Assembly: GCF_018977255.1 (NCBI RefSeq)
Contig: NW_024704742.1
Coordinates: forward strand, 20,400,001 to 20,464,000
DNA: 64,000 nucleotides
Direction of reading: 5' to 3'
Origin: Callorhinchus milii
Taxonomy: Eukaryota
In this document: one piece after another, positions 51,705 through 62,760 of the stretch
Layout of the letters: every line of letters begins with the position of its first letter
Position numbering within the stretch: position 1 is the stretch's first letter
Program-made: the position numbers and the translations under genes
The notes under the pieces: model-generated
Databases searched by the model: none
Seen by the model: only the letters and a program-made list of their open reading frames with translations
What the model was told of the DNA's origin: nothing

Positions 51705-52180
51705 GTCAGCCTGGTTCAGTTGGTAGCATTCTCGTTTCCGAAGCACTTTCACGTCCTCCCAACATGAAAGGGGCAATTTCAATGTAAAGTTGTTGTTGTT
51801 GCTGAATCAGAAGGCTGTGGGTTCCATTTTGAGGCTTTAGGAACCCAAATACAAATACTGGTAGTGTCCTGTATTGCTGAAGGTGCTGTCCTTCAATTAA
51901 ATCTTAAACCGAGGTCTTGTCTGCCTGTTCAGATGATGTTAAAATGCCGTGACACTATTCAAAAAGAAAAGGGAGTTTCTCCCAATAGCCTGGCCGACAA
52001 TCCCTCTGTTAAAATTAGCCATTCACTTTAAGGCTATCTGTGGGGCACTGTTGTGTGCAAATTGGCTGTTGCATTCACTTACAAAATAGACAGTCACAAC
52101 ACTTTACAGTAAATCCTGTGAAGTGCTTTGAAAGAGGTCCTCTCAACATGAAACATGCTACATCAAAAGGAAAAAAATAT
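51705..52180 (+). mobile_element. SINE B with an L2 tail inserted in its head (~51741-51801)
   Basis: GTCAGCCTGGTTCAGTTGGTAGCATTCTCG | CACGTCCTCCCAACATGAAAG..(TTG)n | CTGAATCAGAAGG. Confidence 0.82.
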
Positions 52181-52267
52181 TATTCTAAATATGTATAAGA
52201 CCTCTTCTAGGCTTATTCTTAACTTTCCATTATTCCATGTCACTTTTGCCATCAATGTTAGTTTCAC

Positions 52268-52600
52268 TGTGACTTTGAGTCAGTTAGCATCAATCTTGCC
52301 TTGGAAGCAGAAGGTTGTGAGGTTGAGCCCTATAATGGGATTTTTTTAATCATAATCTAGGGTGACACCCTAGAGCAGTACTGAGAAAGTGGTCATAGTT
52401 AGATCAAATATTAATTCAAGGTCTTCTCTACTGGGACTGGGAAGATCAAAAGAACATTAAAGCAGGAACTCATCTTGCTTCAAATTCACCAAAAACAAAT
52501 TAATAGGTAATTTATCTTATTGCTGTTTATGGGATATGAATGGCACAGATTAGCTATTGCAATAGCAGACATAATGACAGTAACTGTGCTTCACTTCTTT
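52268..52600 (+). mobile_element. Old SINE B-like copy
   Basis: CTTGCCTTGGAAGCAGAAGGTTGTG..AATCTAGGGTGACAC..GCAGTACTGAG. Confidence 0.55.
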
Positions 52601-54709
52601 CTTAGGTCAGCAATCAGAATGTATAGGATCAGAAAAGCTAATTTCAATAGATTCAGCACAAAGCAAACCAAAGTCTAATTTCTCTTATAACCTCAATGGA
52701 ATTTTTCACCAAATAGCTAATTCCCTTGTAAATGTGCTTTCTGACCCTTATGCACTGCCTTCCTGGCTTATCTATTCCACATGTTCAACACTCTTCATAT
52801 AAAATAAATAATGCTAAATTGTCAATTTATTTTGCCTCTTCTGAACTTAAATCTCTAGAACTTAAATCTTTGTTCTTGATGGTTGAACTCTATGAAACAT
52901 ATTAGGATTTGATGTGAAATTAGTTATATGAAACATAAGGATTATTATTATTTTATTAGACCAATATGAATTTGTCTGTATTTGAAATGTAATATGTATT
53001 CTGCGCACTTAATCCATCAATCGATGCTTTCGAAAATGATAATTCCACACTTGAAAACAGATTTAATTAACCAATGCGGCACTTGTACAATCTGAATATA
53101 TCCAAATCTAATTTTGTTTCTAGCCTATCACCATAAGTGAAAAGGTTAGGGGTAGCTAATACAGCACTACATAAGAAAATAATGTAGGAATACGTAAATA
53201 CCATTCACCCATTTGTATTTTTCAGGTTCTGTTGCTGGATCTGAATTGGTGTCTTTGTAGCTTGAAATCTTTATCCCCTTGTTCTAGATCTTTGAACCAT
53301 GTTAAAAACATATTATTAGGATTTGACATGAAATCAAAAGCATGAAAATATGACTATGAAGAAGGACTTCTCCAACTTCAACCCCAAATCCCTAATCTCC
53401 CAATGAATCAGAATTTACTCTTTGAATTCCATAGAAAATTGGCTTTATTTATTCTTTGTGCTGGTGATCTACAGCATAAGATTAACAATTTTAAGTGTGG
53501 AAACCTTATTCTTTGTTGGGTGGTCTCAACATTCTCAATACAATCCTGCGTTGACTTATAGACATAGTCTTGACCACCACTTCAATTAAAAGTGTACTGT
53601 TGGAGAATTGGTGTGATATGTAACATAACTTGGGTTGTGGTTTTAGAGGCAAGATTGCCCAGGGAACTGAAAGGTCAGCCATGACCCAAGCCCGGGTTAA
53701 CCTTCCCTAATGGAAGGGAATGAAAATGGAATGAGAAAGAGTCATCACTATTATTGTATACATCTCAGTAGTCACCTCAAATGAGGTGTTAGCCAGAAAG
53801 ATGGCAGGTGAGAAATACCTTTCAAACTATCACAAAGGGTACACATCATTTGGTTAAAAATAATCCCTCTATATCCACTCCATTCAGAATTCACCTTCAA
53901 ACTTTCTTTTCCTGCTTCGTTTATCCCTTACTAGTTCCATTCATTTCCTGTGAACAAACTCCAGTTTCACTCAAATCCATTGCTGGATTTCTCACATGTG
54001 TAGAGTTCAGATACGTATTTGTTTTGAGGAAAGTAAAATTCCTAAATTACTCCAGGGCACCAAACAGGATGTAGCCGAAAATTTTCGGAGTGTGCTGCAC
54101 TCCACGGCTCATAATGTCTATATGAAGCTGTGATGGTCTCATTGGCGGAGCCTGTTCTCTGGTTGAAACTCTGGTATTACTAGCACCTCCATTAATAAAA
54201 GGGTTGACCTGAGGTTGGCTGTTGTGTGCACAGCAAAGCATTACTCATCATTTGCACCTAATAAGCATCCCTAGGATTCGAGACTATTGTAGAAATAATA
54301 CATCATGGAGCTCGAAAAAGAAAAACAAACCATGGCCACATCCCAGTTGACATATTTTTTCACGAATCACAGATTCCAAGCCTTGTACCTTGTTGTTTCC
54401 ACTTTAATATGACCTCAGGTATTGCTCGTGGCTTATGACATCTGCTGAACCTCTCAAGTGTTAGAGTCACTTTGTATTCCCTGTACAGTTCTATCCATGG
54501 ATCATTGAGGTGAAAATTGTGATAGTTGTTGTATTCAGCAGCGACAATGATGGCAATAAGATCTGAGGGCTGGCTTCCGGCACAACCATTGTAATAATGA
54601 TAATATATTACATTATAAAACTGCCTCACAAGTGGCTTTGTTTGCCTTGTATTCAACATGCATTTTGTTGCCTCATTAATCATTTGCTTTTCAAGCATTC
54701 CCAATCTTG

Positions 54710-55662
54710 ATCTGCCTGTCGGATATCAAGTCCTGGATGAGAGCAAATTTCCTACAGTTGAATGTGAACAAGACTGAGGCCCTCTTGATTGGTTCGCGCC
54801 AGCGCCTCAGCACCTCAGGCTCTGGCAGCATCAACCTCCATGGTTGCACACTACAACTCACCAAAATAGTCAGGAACCTAGATGTCTTGTTCGACCCTCA
54901 ACTGTCTTTTCTCCCCCACATTCAAGTCATGACCCGCTCTACCTTCCCTCACCTCCGTAACATCGCCCGACTCCGCCACTACCTCACCCCTCAGGCCGCT
55001 GAAACTCTTCTTCATGCCTTCATCACCTCCATGCTCAACTATGCGAACGCCCTCCTTGTCGGCCTTCCCAACTCCTCCCTCCACAGGCTGCAGATAATCC
55101 ATGGCCTCGCCCCAGCCTACCTCTGTGACCCCCCCTACCAACCCCCCCGTTCCCTCCGCTCAGCTGGCTCTGCAGCCCATGTCCTCTCCCACACCAAACT
55201 CCGGGACCCCATCTCCCCAACTCTCGCCCGACTCCATTGGCTACCTATCCTTCAGAGGATCCAGTTCAAGCTCCTGGTCCTCACATACAAAGCACTCCAT
55301 GGCCTCGCCCCAGCCTACCTCTGTGACCCCCTACCAACCCCCCCGTTCCCTCCACTCAGCCGGCTCTGGCCTGCTCTACATCCCCTGACCCACCCGCCCC
55401 ACCATTGGCGGGGGAGCCTTCAGCCACTCAACCCCCAATCTCTGAAATTCCATCCCCCAGTTACTCTGCCTCGCCCCCTCCTTAGCCTCCTTCAAGTCCC
55501 GCTTCAAGACCCTCCTCTTCGACCGTGCCATCGGCCAACCCCCTTTCCCCTCCCTTCCCTTACCCCCAGCTCGGGTCTGAAATGCTGTACTCTGTTCAGC
55601 GCCTTGGGACGTCCTCCCGATGTGAAAGGTGCTATACAAATGTAATCTTGTTGGTGTTGTTG
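54710..55662 (+). mobile_element. 5'-truncated L2 LINE (ORF2 C-terminal part and 3' UTR) with an internal duplication
   Basis: [40 protein letters not shown]; highly similar to the 12951 copy; tail GGGACGTCCTCCCGATGTGAAAGG. Confidence 0.95.
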
Positions 55663-56359
55663 CCTGATCTGGTGTTTGTTTAGAGAATGGATTTTCTTGG
55701 AACATTCAAATTTCAACGCTCCAGTTTAACATTGTGACTCTTCTAATCTGCAATTTCTTTCTTTATTCTGTCTAGAAAAATGCAATTTCCTACTTTTCCA
55801 CGAAAGAGACTGGATAGAAAAAGTAAAATTCAATCACATATTTCCTATTTACAGATTAATCTCATTACTGTACCTTCTAAAACCCCCAATTATATCACTC
55901 TTTACTCTAACCTTCTATATGCTTCCCATTATTCTCAATGCTTCATGAAATACTGGATACAATTACAATTATAGCAAGAGCTTACAAAACACAACAATTG
56001 ATATAAGGAATCTATAGTATTCGAAATATTTTTGGAAAAATAATTAATTGTGGATTTAAACGAGGAAAGAAGATTAGACTTGAAACTCCACTGGCTAAAG
56101 ATACACATTGATCCATTTTCCTTATATAATCCTTTATTAATTTCACTGTGACTTAAATCTCTGAAGTCTTATCTTTATTTCAGTACCTACAGTCAGCCAG
56201 GTATATACTAATAGGAGGGATTCGGTTTCTAATATTCTAATAATACTGCTCAGACACAATCAGATATAAATAGCAAAACTGTATAGAAAGAAGGAACTCA
56301 ATTTTATAGTGGTGCCTTATCATCTTGAACCCTCACAAACTGTTTTACTGGCAAATTAC

Positions 56360-56630
56360 TTAGGTCTGTTGCTCATCCCTTGCCAGCTCCAGGCCACCAT
56401 CGGTGACCAAGCCTTCGATCTTTACACCCCCATCCTGTGGAACTCCCTCCCTCTATTCCATGGCCTCATCCCCTCTACATTTATCTTCAAATCTGACTTT
56501 AAAACTTGCTTCAATTGTGTCTATGGATCACCTTCCCCCTTGCTTGGGAACCAACCACACTACTGTTAAGCAATCCGATACATTATCCCATGTGAAGGGC
56601 GCTGTATCAATGCAAGTTGTTACTGTTGTT
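56360..56630 (+). mobile_element. Old L2 3' fragment
   Basis: TIGDQAF..PILWNSLP..FKSDFKT; tail GTGAAGGGCGCTGTATCAATGCAAGTTGTT. Confidence 0.75.
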
Positions 56631-57216
56631 CAGAATTGTAAAAAAAAGGTCTTGATTTGGAAGCTGGTCTTAAGAACCAGGTTCCAAATTAAGATTGAGT
56701 AGCAAATCTTCCACAATTCTGCTCAGTCTGGAATAGGGGTCCTGAAATTCCACCTAGTCACAGCCTTAATAGTTGTAATAGTCTATTGCCCAGCTAATTA
56801 TGCACCATCACATGCTGTAGTCTACATGCCTGTGGGCAGGAAGATGCTGAAAATACTCTCATGGATTTCATGCAAAGCTGTGTTGCGTACCAGGAAGCTT
56901 CCAGGGAGTTCCTGGAAGTGATGGCTCAAATCCTCACTTGTCAGGTGTCAAATGACCAATTAATGTCTATCCTCCTTGGGGGAGGAGAGGAGGAGAGGTA
57001 AGCTCCTTGGCTCCAAGGTGACACATTTAGCAGCAGAATGTTAGATTCGAGCCAACCCTTTCTGGCGTTATAAATAGTCCGGTTCCTGAGCCAGGGTGGT
57101 CCACAGCACTCCACGCAATGCTGATGAGTCCTGTAGCTCAGTGGTTAGAAATTGCTTGAAATTAGAAATTGCTTTTCAATTAATAAATTAAGTCAGCTCT
57201 CATTAAAATTATATTA

Positions 57217-57528
57217 GGAGTCCTGTAGCTTAGTGGTTAGAGCACTCGCCTCACAAGCGAGAGACATGGGTTCAATTCCCAGCAGAGCAAAACCTTGGGC
57301 AAGTTTCCTTACTCCACATCCCTAATAATAATCCCTCAAGAAAAAAATCAATAATAAAATTGGTCACTCCAATCCACGACTGTTTGTGGGACACTGCTGT
57401 GCGCAATTGGCTGCCGGGTTTCACCCACAAATATACAGTCAATTCACTTTACAGTATATTCTGTGAAGTGTTTTGGGACATCTAGAAGACATGAAAAGTG
57501 ATATATCAAATGCAAGGATTATTATTAT
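57217..57528 (+). mobile_element. SINE A, short form
   Basis: GGAGTCCTGTAGCTTAGTGGTTAG..CTCCACATCCCTAATAATAATCC junction..TCAAATGCAAGGATT. Confidence 0.9.
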
Positions 57529-58764
57529 TTTATTGCCTGGATCAAACCTGACAATACTATCAAAGAACGTAGCTTGTGTCATCTGTGTTCACTTTTTGCA
57601 CAACAAAGTGGCATTGTCATTTTCGATAGCTTTTATTTACAAGTTTCAAAATTATAATTTGACACCATCAGCTCAACTTGTAACCATTTTTATCATGTAA
57701 CCACATATGGCTAATTCAGCAATCAACACAATTTTGACTCATTGGCGACAGAAATCTAATTATACGATACAGCAAATCTGGGCAGATTACACTCTAGTGT
57801 CTTGGGCATTACATGTAAATTAGTAATTTTGTATTCTAACTCGTACGATGTGAAATTTCATAAAATTGTGTCAAATTACTGTAACATGAATTACCTCACT
57901 ATGTTGTAGCTTTGCTGTATATTAATTGTTCAGTTTTCAACCTTTTTTATTTTCTTTATCCCTCTTTTACATTCTTGCTCTCACATTGCTTGAAATATTT
58001 ACCGTACAACATGTAGCGCATTATGGATCAGAATAATCCTTGCATTTGATATCGCCAAAGAGTGTGTAAAATTTGTTGAATTCAAAATATGTAGCAACAT
58101 TTTTAGATAAATTAGTAGCAGCAAGGCAACCTCCTAAGTGGTTATTTTCCGAGCGAGTGAAGTAATATTTTACGCAGCATTCCACGGTTCACAATGTCTA
58201 CATGAAGCTGTGATGGTGACATTGGAAGAGCCTGTTCCAACTTGTAGAGAGGCTTAACACCAGGCTCACCAGGCCCACTTTGGATTTGTCCCTCTCTCTT
58301 AAGGGGGCTTTTTTATCTGCAGAATGAACCTGCTGGGTTCTGTACTTTAATTTAATGCCTTGGTGGTATAATAGCTCTGTTTTGCTCTCATCCCTCTATA
58401 ACTGCAGTAGACTAATGCAGGGCACGTTACCCTCCCATGAGGAATCCGATTATTTGGAACCAATGTAATAAAATGAATTTATAACACAGATTGGCACAGA
58501 GAGGATTCAAGTCTTTATTTGCACGTTATTGCACAATTTTTTTAGGCTGAATTTCACACAACAAATCTATTTACCTTGCATACACATGATTCATCATATT
58601 CTACTAATTTCCCAGTATTAGTAATACATTGTGGGAACGTTGGGTACCATTGCTAACAAGATGAAGGACTCATGTATCACTTATATTACTTTATTGTAAG
58701 TTGGGGGTGTGCATCTTTAGCACATATTATCCTACCATCTTTAGAACCAGTTCCTTATAAAATA

Positions 58765-58970
58765 ATCCTAATTATAATAATCCTTGCATTTGATATCACG
58801 CCTGTAACGTCAAAAGATCTCAGGCGACTGTTATCAAATGCAGTGACTACATTTACCACAAACATAACAGCTAATTTGCACACCGCAACGTCCCATAAAC
58901 AGCCATGAAGTGAATAATCATGTTTTATTTGAAGGACTGTTGGACAGAACACCGGGAGAAGCTCCCTCCT
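58765..58970 (-). mobile_element. SINE B 3' part
   Basis: TCCTTGCATTTGATAT..AATTTGCACAC..AAACAGCCATGAAGTGAAT. Confidence 0.7.
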
Positions 58971-60665
58971 CTATATTATTCTGATTTGCTTATCTGGGAG
59001 AAAATAGCTGAATATTGTAACTGTGAAGTGAGATGCCATTTCTACCCTGCCATGTTGACAAATTCCAGTGCTCATGATACTGCGCTAGAAATGCAAATTA
59101 TTTAATTAATATTCATTCAGCAGAGAAAAACACACACTTTGTGCTACCTAATAAAATTATCATTTTTGACACATGGCATCTGCAGTGTGTCAACCAGTGC
59201 AGACACGCACACAACATATCTATCTATTAGTTGTTCAGTGAGCATACACTGTGCTGACCAGGAAAATTTCCATTTTTATTTTCTAATCAGAGGCAAAGGC
59301 TATGGATAAGCCATCTGAGAAGAAATCAGTCCAAATAAACGCATAACAGATTTTCAGCATTAATGATGCAACAACCATTAGCATAATGGTTTGGTAAGTA
59401 AAAGTATTGTGTTATTTCCTAGTCTCTGCCGCTATGCAAACATTTTCAAAAGACATAATTATGTCCAGGATACCTGGACTTTGCTGAAACTTCTGATAAA
59501 CAGTACAATATACTCACTACAATTATATCATCTCAATGGCAACAAACAGATGATATGTATGTTATCAGTATAACACTACACTGTGGGTGTTGGCCCATAA
59601 AACACATAATCACTATACTTCACAAGAAAATCCTGTGAAGCGCTTTGAAACCAACTGACATGAAAGATGCTATATCAAATGTAACTATTTTTATTGTTAT
59701 TACAATATTGTCAAGCAGGAAAATATAGATCTGCTTAGAAATTCAGACTGGCCACTGATGGTACCGCAGAGAGGGCCAGAGATGGACATCAAGCCTGAAT
59801 TAGCTGAGCGGAGTGGGTGGACGGAGGAGGGGGGTAGGAGCAATGCAGGTCGGTAACCTACTTGACCATTGCGGAGAGGGTAAAAAAATCTTTACTTGAC
59901 AGTCACACAGGTCTTGTGACCACAAAGGTCATTAGATGGTAATCACGGGACGCTACCCTGTGTGAAGGGCACTATATAAATGCAAGCTGTTGTTGTAATA
60001 AGGAGTGGGAATCCTGGCTGATTTTTCCTTACCCTAATCGGATGAGAGAGGGGCATTAAGGAGAATTTCAAAGCTTCACTATTGGCCTGGCTGAAAACAA
60101 CTGAAATCAGAAATCAACCTGGTTACATAGGAGGGTTCAAACTTACACCTTTCGGTCTCTTTGGCTCAGTGTTGCATTCAGCAGGTCCTTTATCCACTAG
60201 ACATTAAGGATTAGTAATCAATGACAATTTTTGTGCGTGTTATTTTTGATGATTCAGTGGTTAATCCTTTGGGAATTATACTATATAGCACTGCTTTCAG
60301 ATTTTCCATTGTGAAACCTCATGTGATACCATTCAGGAAGATGCTCTTTACATGACACATTAAAAAAGCCTGAAATATTGGGCAGGCAAAGACAGCAAAC
60401 CCTTAGTTATTTACTATGTTTGCATGCAAATCACCATTTGTTAAATGCCTTGGGAATGTCCTCCCAATGTGAAAGGCACTGAATAAATTTACATTTGCAT
60501 TGTATTGCAGTCATGTTATATAATTCCAAAGGTTTATATGAGTCAACATATGCCATGTAATAGTAAACACACTTATAATTAAATAATAAAGCATATTTTT
60601 GCAAGGAACGTAAATATTATGCCACAGGTCAGCGAATCAGCAACAAGAGGGCATAAATTTAAAGA

Positions 60666-60803
60666 TAATAATAATAATCCTTGCATTTGATATAGAGTCT
60701 TATCACGTCTTTGGGACATCTCAAAGCACTTCACAGAATATACTCTAAAGTGAATTGATTGTATATTTAGTGGGTGAAATGCGGCAGCCAATTGCACACA
60801 GCA
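60666..60803 (-). mobile_element. SINE A 3' fragment
   Basis: (AAT)nCCTTGCATTTG..GCAGCCAATTGCACACAGC. Confidence 0.85.
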
Positions 60804-60829
60804 CAATGGAAGCAGATAGTTCTAACTAA

Positions 60830-61080
60830 ACAAATTAGGAGGTTAGGAGAATTTTTTTTCACACAAGGAGTGGTTAGGATATGGAATGCCCTACCGAGAG
60901 CAGTAGAAGAGCCAGAATCCATGTTGACTTCCAAGGGGGGAGTTAGACAAATACCAAGAGTCACTTATAGAGGGTTTGGGGAATGGGCAGGTAAATGGGC
61001 CAGAAAGATTTGCTCTTGGATTAGCATGGACATAATCAGCTGAATGGCTTTGTTCTGTCCTGTCAATTTGTATGGTTCTA
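60830..61080 (+). mobile_element. CR1 3' end
   Basis: Encodes FFTQGVVRIWNALPRAVEE (CR1 ORF2 terminal motif), then a decayed tail. Confidence 0.8.
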
Positions 61081-61199
61081 CAGTATATGTCTTTTGAATT
61101 CTAAACAAGACGTCTTTTGTTAAATGGATGGAAGACTCGTTTATAATTTTCAGCGTAAGTGAGTGAAGCTCATCTGCAATCCAGGGTCATCGGTAGAAT

Positions 61200-61400
61200 A
61201 CAATACAATTTACATTTATATAGTGCCTTTCACGTTGGGAGGTTATATCAAGGTGCTTTACACTACTGGCTGGACACCCAAATGAAGGGGAAGGGAACTG
61301 AAGAGGGTGGGGAGGGGAAAGATGACCAAAAGCAGTCAACAAAACATGTCTTGTCTTTCGTGCTTTGAAAGTGGGGAGGGAGGGCTGGGTTGGAGGGACC
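61200..61400 (-). mobile_element. L2 3' fragment
   Basis: TTACATTTATATAGTGCCTTTCACGTTGGGAGG tail. Confidence 0.7.
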
Positions 61401-61431
61401 AGAGAGCTGAAAACTGAAAACTGCACATATT

Positions 61432-61535
61432 AATGCAAAATACTGCAGATCTGGAAATCTGAAATAAAAACAGAAGTCGCTGTGAGCACTCAGCAGGTCA
61501 GGCAGAGAGAGGAGAGTTAACATTTCAGGTCGATA
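61432..61535 (-). mobile_element. Penelope-like terminal fragment (second copy)
   Basis: Shares AAAACAGAAGTCGCTG..CACTCAGCAGGTCAGGCAG with 24361; retains GACCTGAAATGTTAAC, a decayed hammerhead 3' half. Confidence 0.65.
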
Positions 61536-62653
61536 CCATATTAATGGCTTCCTTTTCTGAAGGTTTATCAACAAACTTTATGTTTCATTAAACAATTAGG
61601 CTAAACTTGAATAGCGACAAAGAAAGGATTTTAACACTGTGGATATTCACATGAATGGAATAAAAAATTACGCCTGCAAAGAACTTTATTGAAAGTCCTG
61701 GAGGAAGAAAGAAGCAATCATTACTATTTTACATGCAATTCATGCCAGCCTCTATCAAATTACAGCTCAAAATATCCATTTTCCTAATAGAAATGCAAGA
61801 CTGTTCAATCCATTAACATCAAGACAAAAACCATTTAACCTTCCGCAAAATATTTCTGCTGTTGTCTCCTTTGCATTCTAATCCAGGTTCGAGGATCATG
61901 GCAGCACTTTCCCTGAGGATATATCCCAAAGCATCAGCTACAGAGATAAACATTCACTCTAGACAGGTTGCCCTCTGTCGTTGCAGATGTTACAGATGGT
62001 TTAAAAGTAGGAGACACATTCTCCAATGTTTTTGCTGATAAGAAGCCTCTCTATTTGTTTATTTAGAGGTTATCTCTGATGCTGGCACATTCTCTGTTCA
62101 TACAATCATGATAACCTAAGTTTAAGGAGGGCCGAACAGGTTAATTAATTTAGCAAGAAAATTTTGCAGAATCCGGACACATCAGAGGCATAAATACAAA
62201 CTCTGAAGAATAAATCATAGGTAGCACAAAGATTTTCTAACAGAACCAAGGGAAGTATATCACATAGGATACAGTGTATTTGTGAAAACAGTAATATGCC
62301 AAGACTGTAAAACTAATATATTATCATCCTACTTGACCATTCTGGCATCTCATTATAATGATGACAAACACCGTTTGTAAAATAATTTAACATGTGTAAT
62401 GAGTACCATCACAAACAGAGGGATGATTACATACACTAATTGGGACCAACACCCAGTGGATACACAACCAACTCAAACTTGGTTTATATTGTGCCCTTCA
62501 CGACGGATGGTGTCTCGGAGAGCTTGGCAATGGGAATAACTGAATATAGTGTGAAATACAAATCGGCTAGAATTAAACTAATAAAGTATTGAACTAAAAT
62601 ATTGTTCCACCAAGAGATATGCTGTCACTGTAGTACAACACTATGTTACCCCT

Positions 62654-62760
62654 CCTTTCTCTCTCTGCCACTCTCTCTCTCTCTCTCTCCGACTGTTTCT
62701 CTCTTAAATCTGGCTTTTTGTCTTCTCTCTGAGTATCTCTCACTCTCTGAGTCTTTCTAC
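62654..62760. repeat. (CT)n low-complexity microsatellite
   Basis: CTCTCTCTCTCTCTCTCT and degenerate flanks. Confidence 0.8.

Noticed and set aside
57115..57155. CTGATGAG..GAAA as a hammerhead ribozyme
   Set aside because: No stem II or stem I; the sequence after CTGAT is a SINE head fragment
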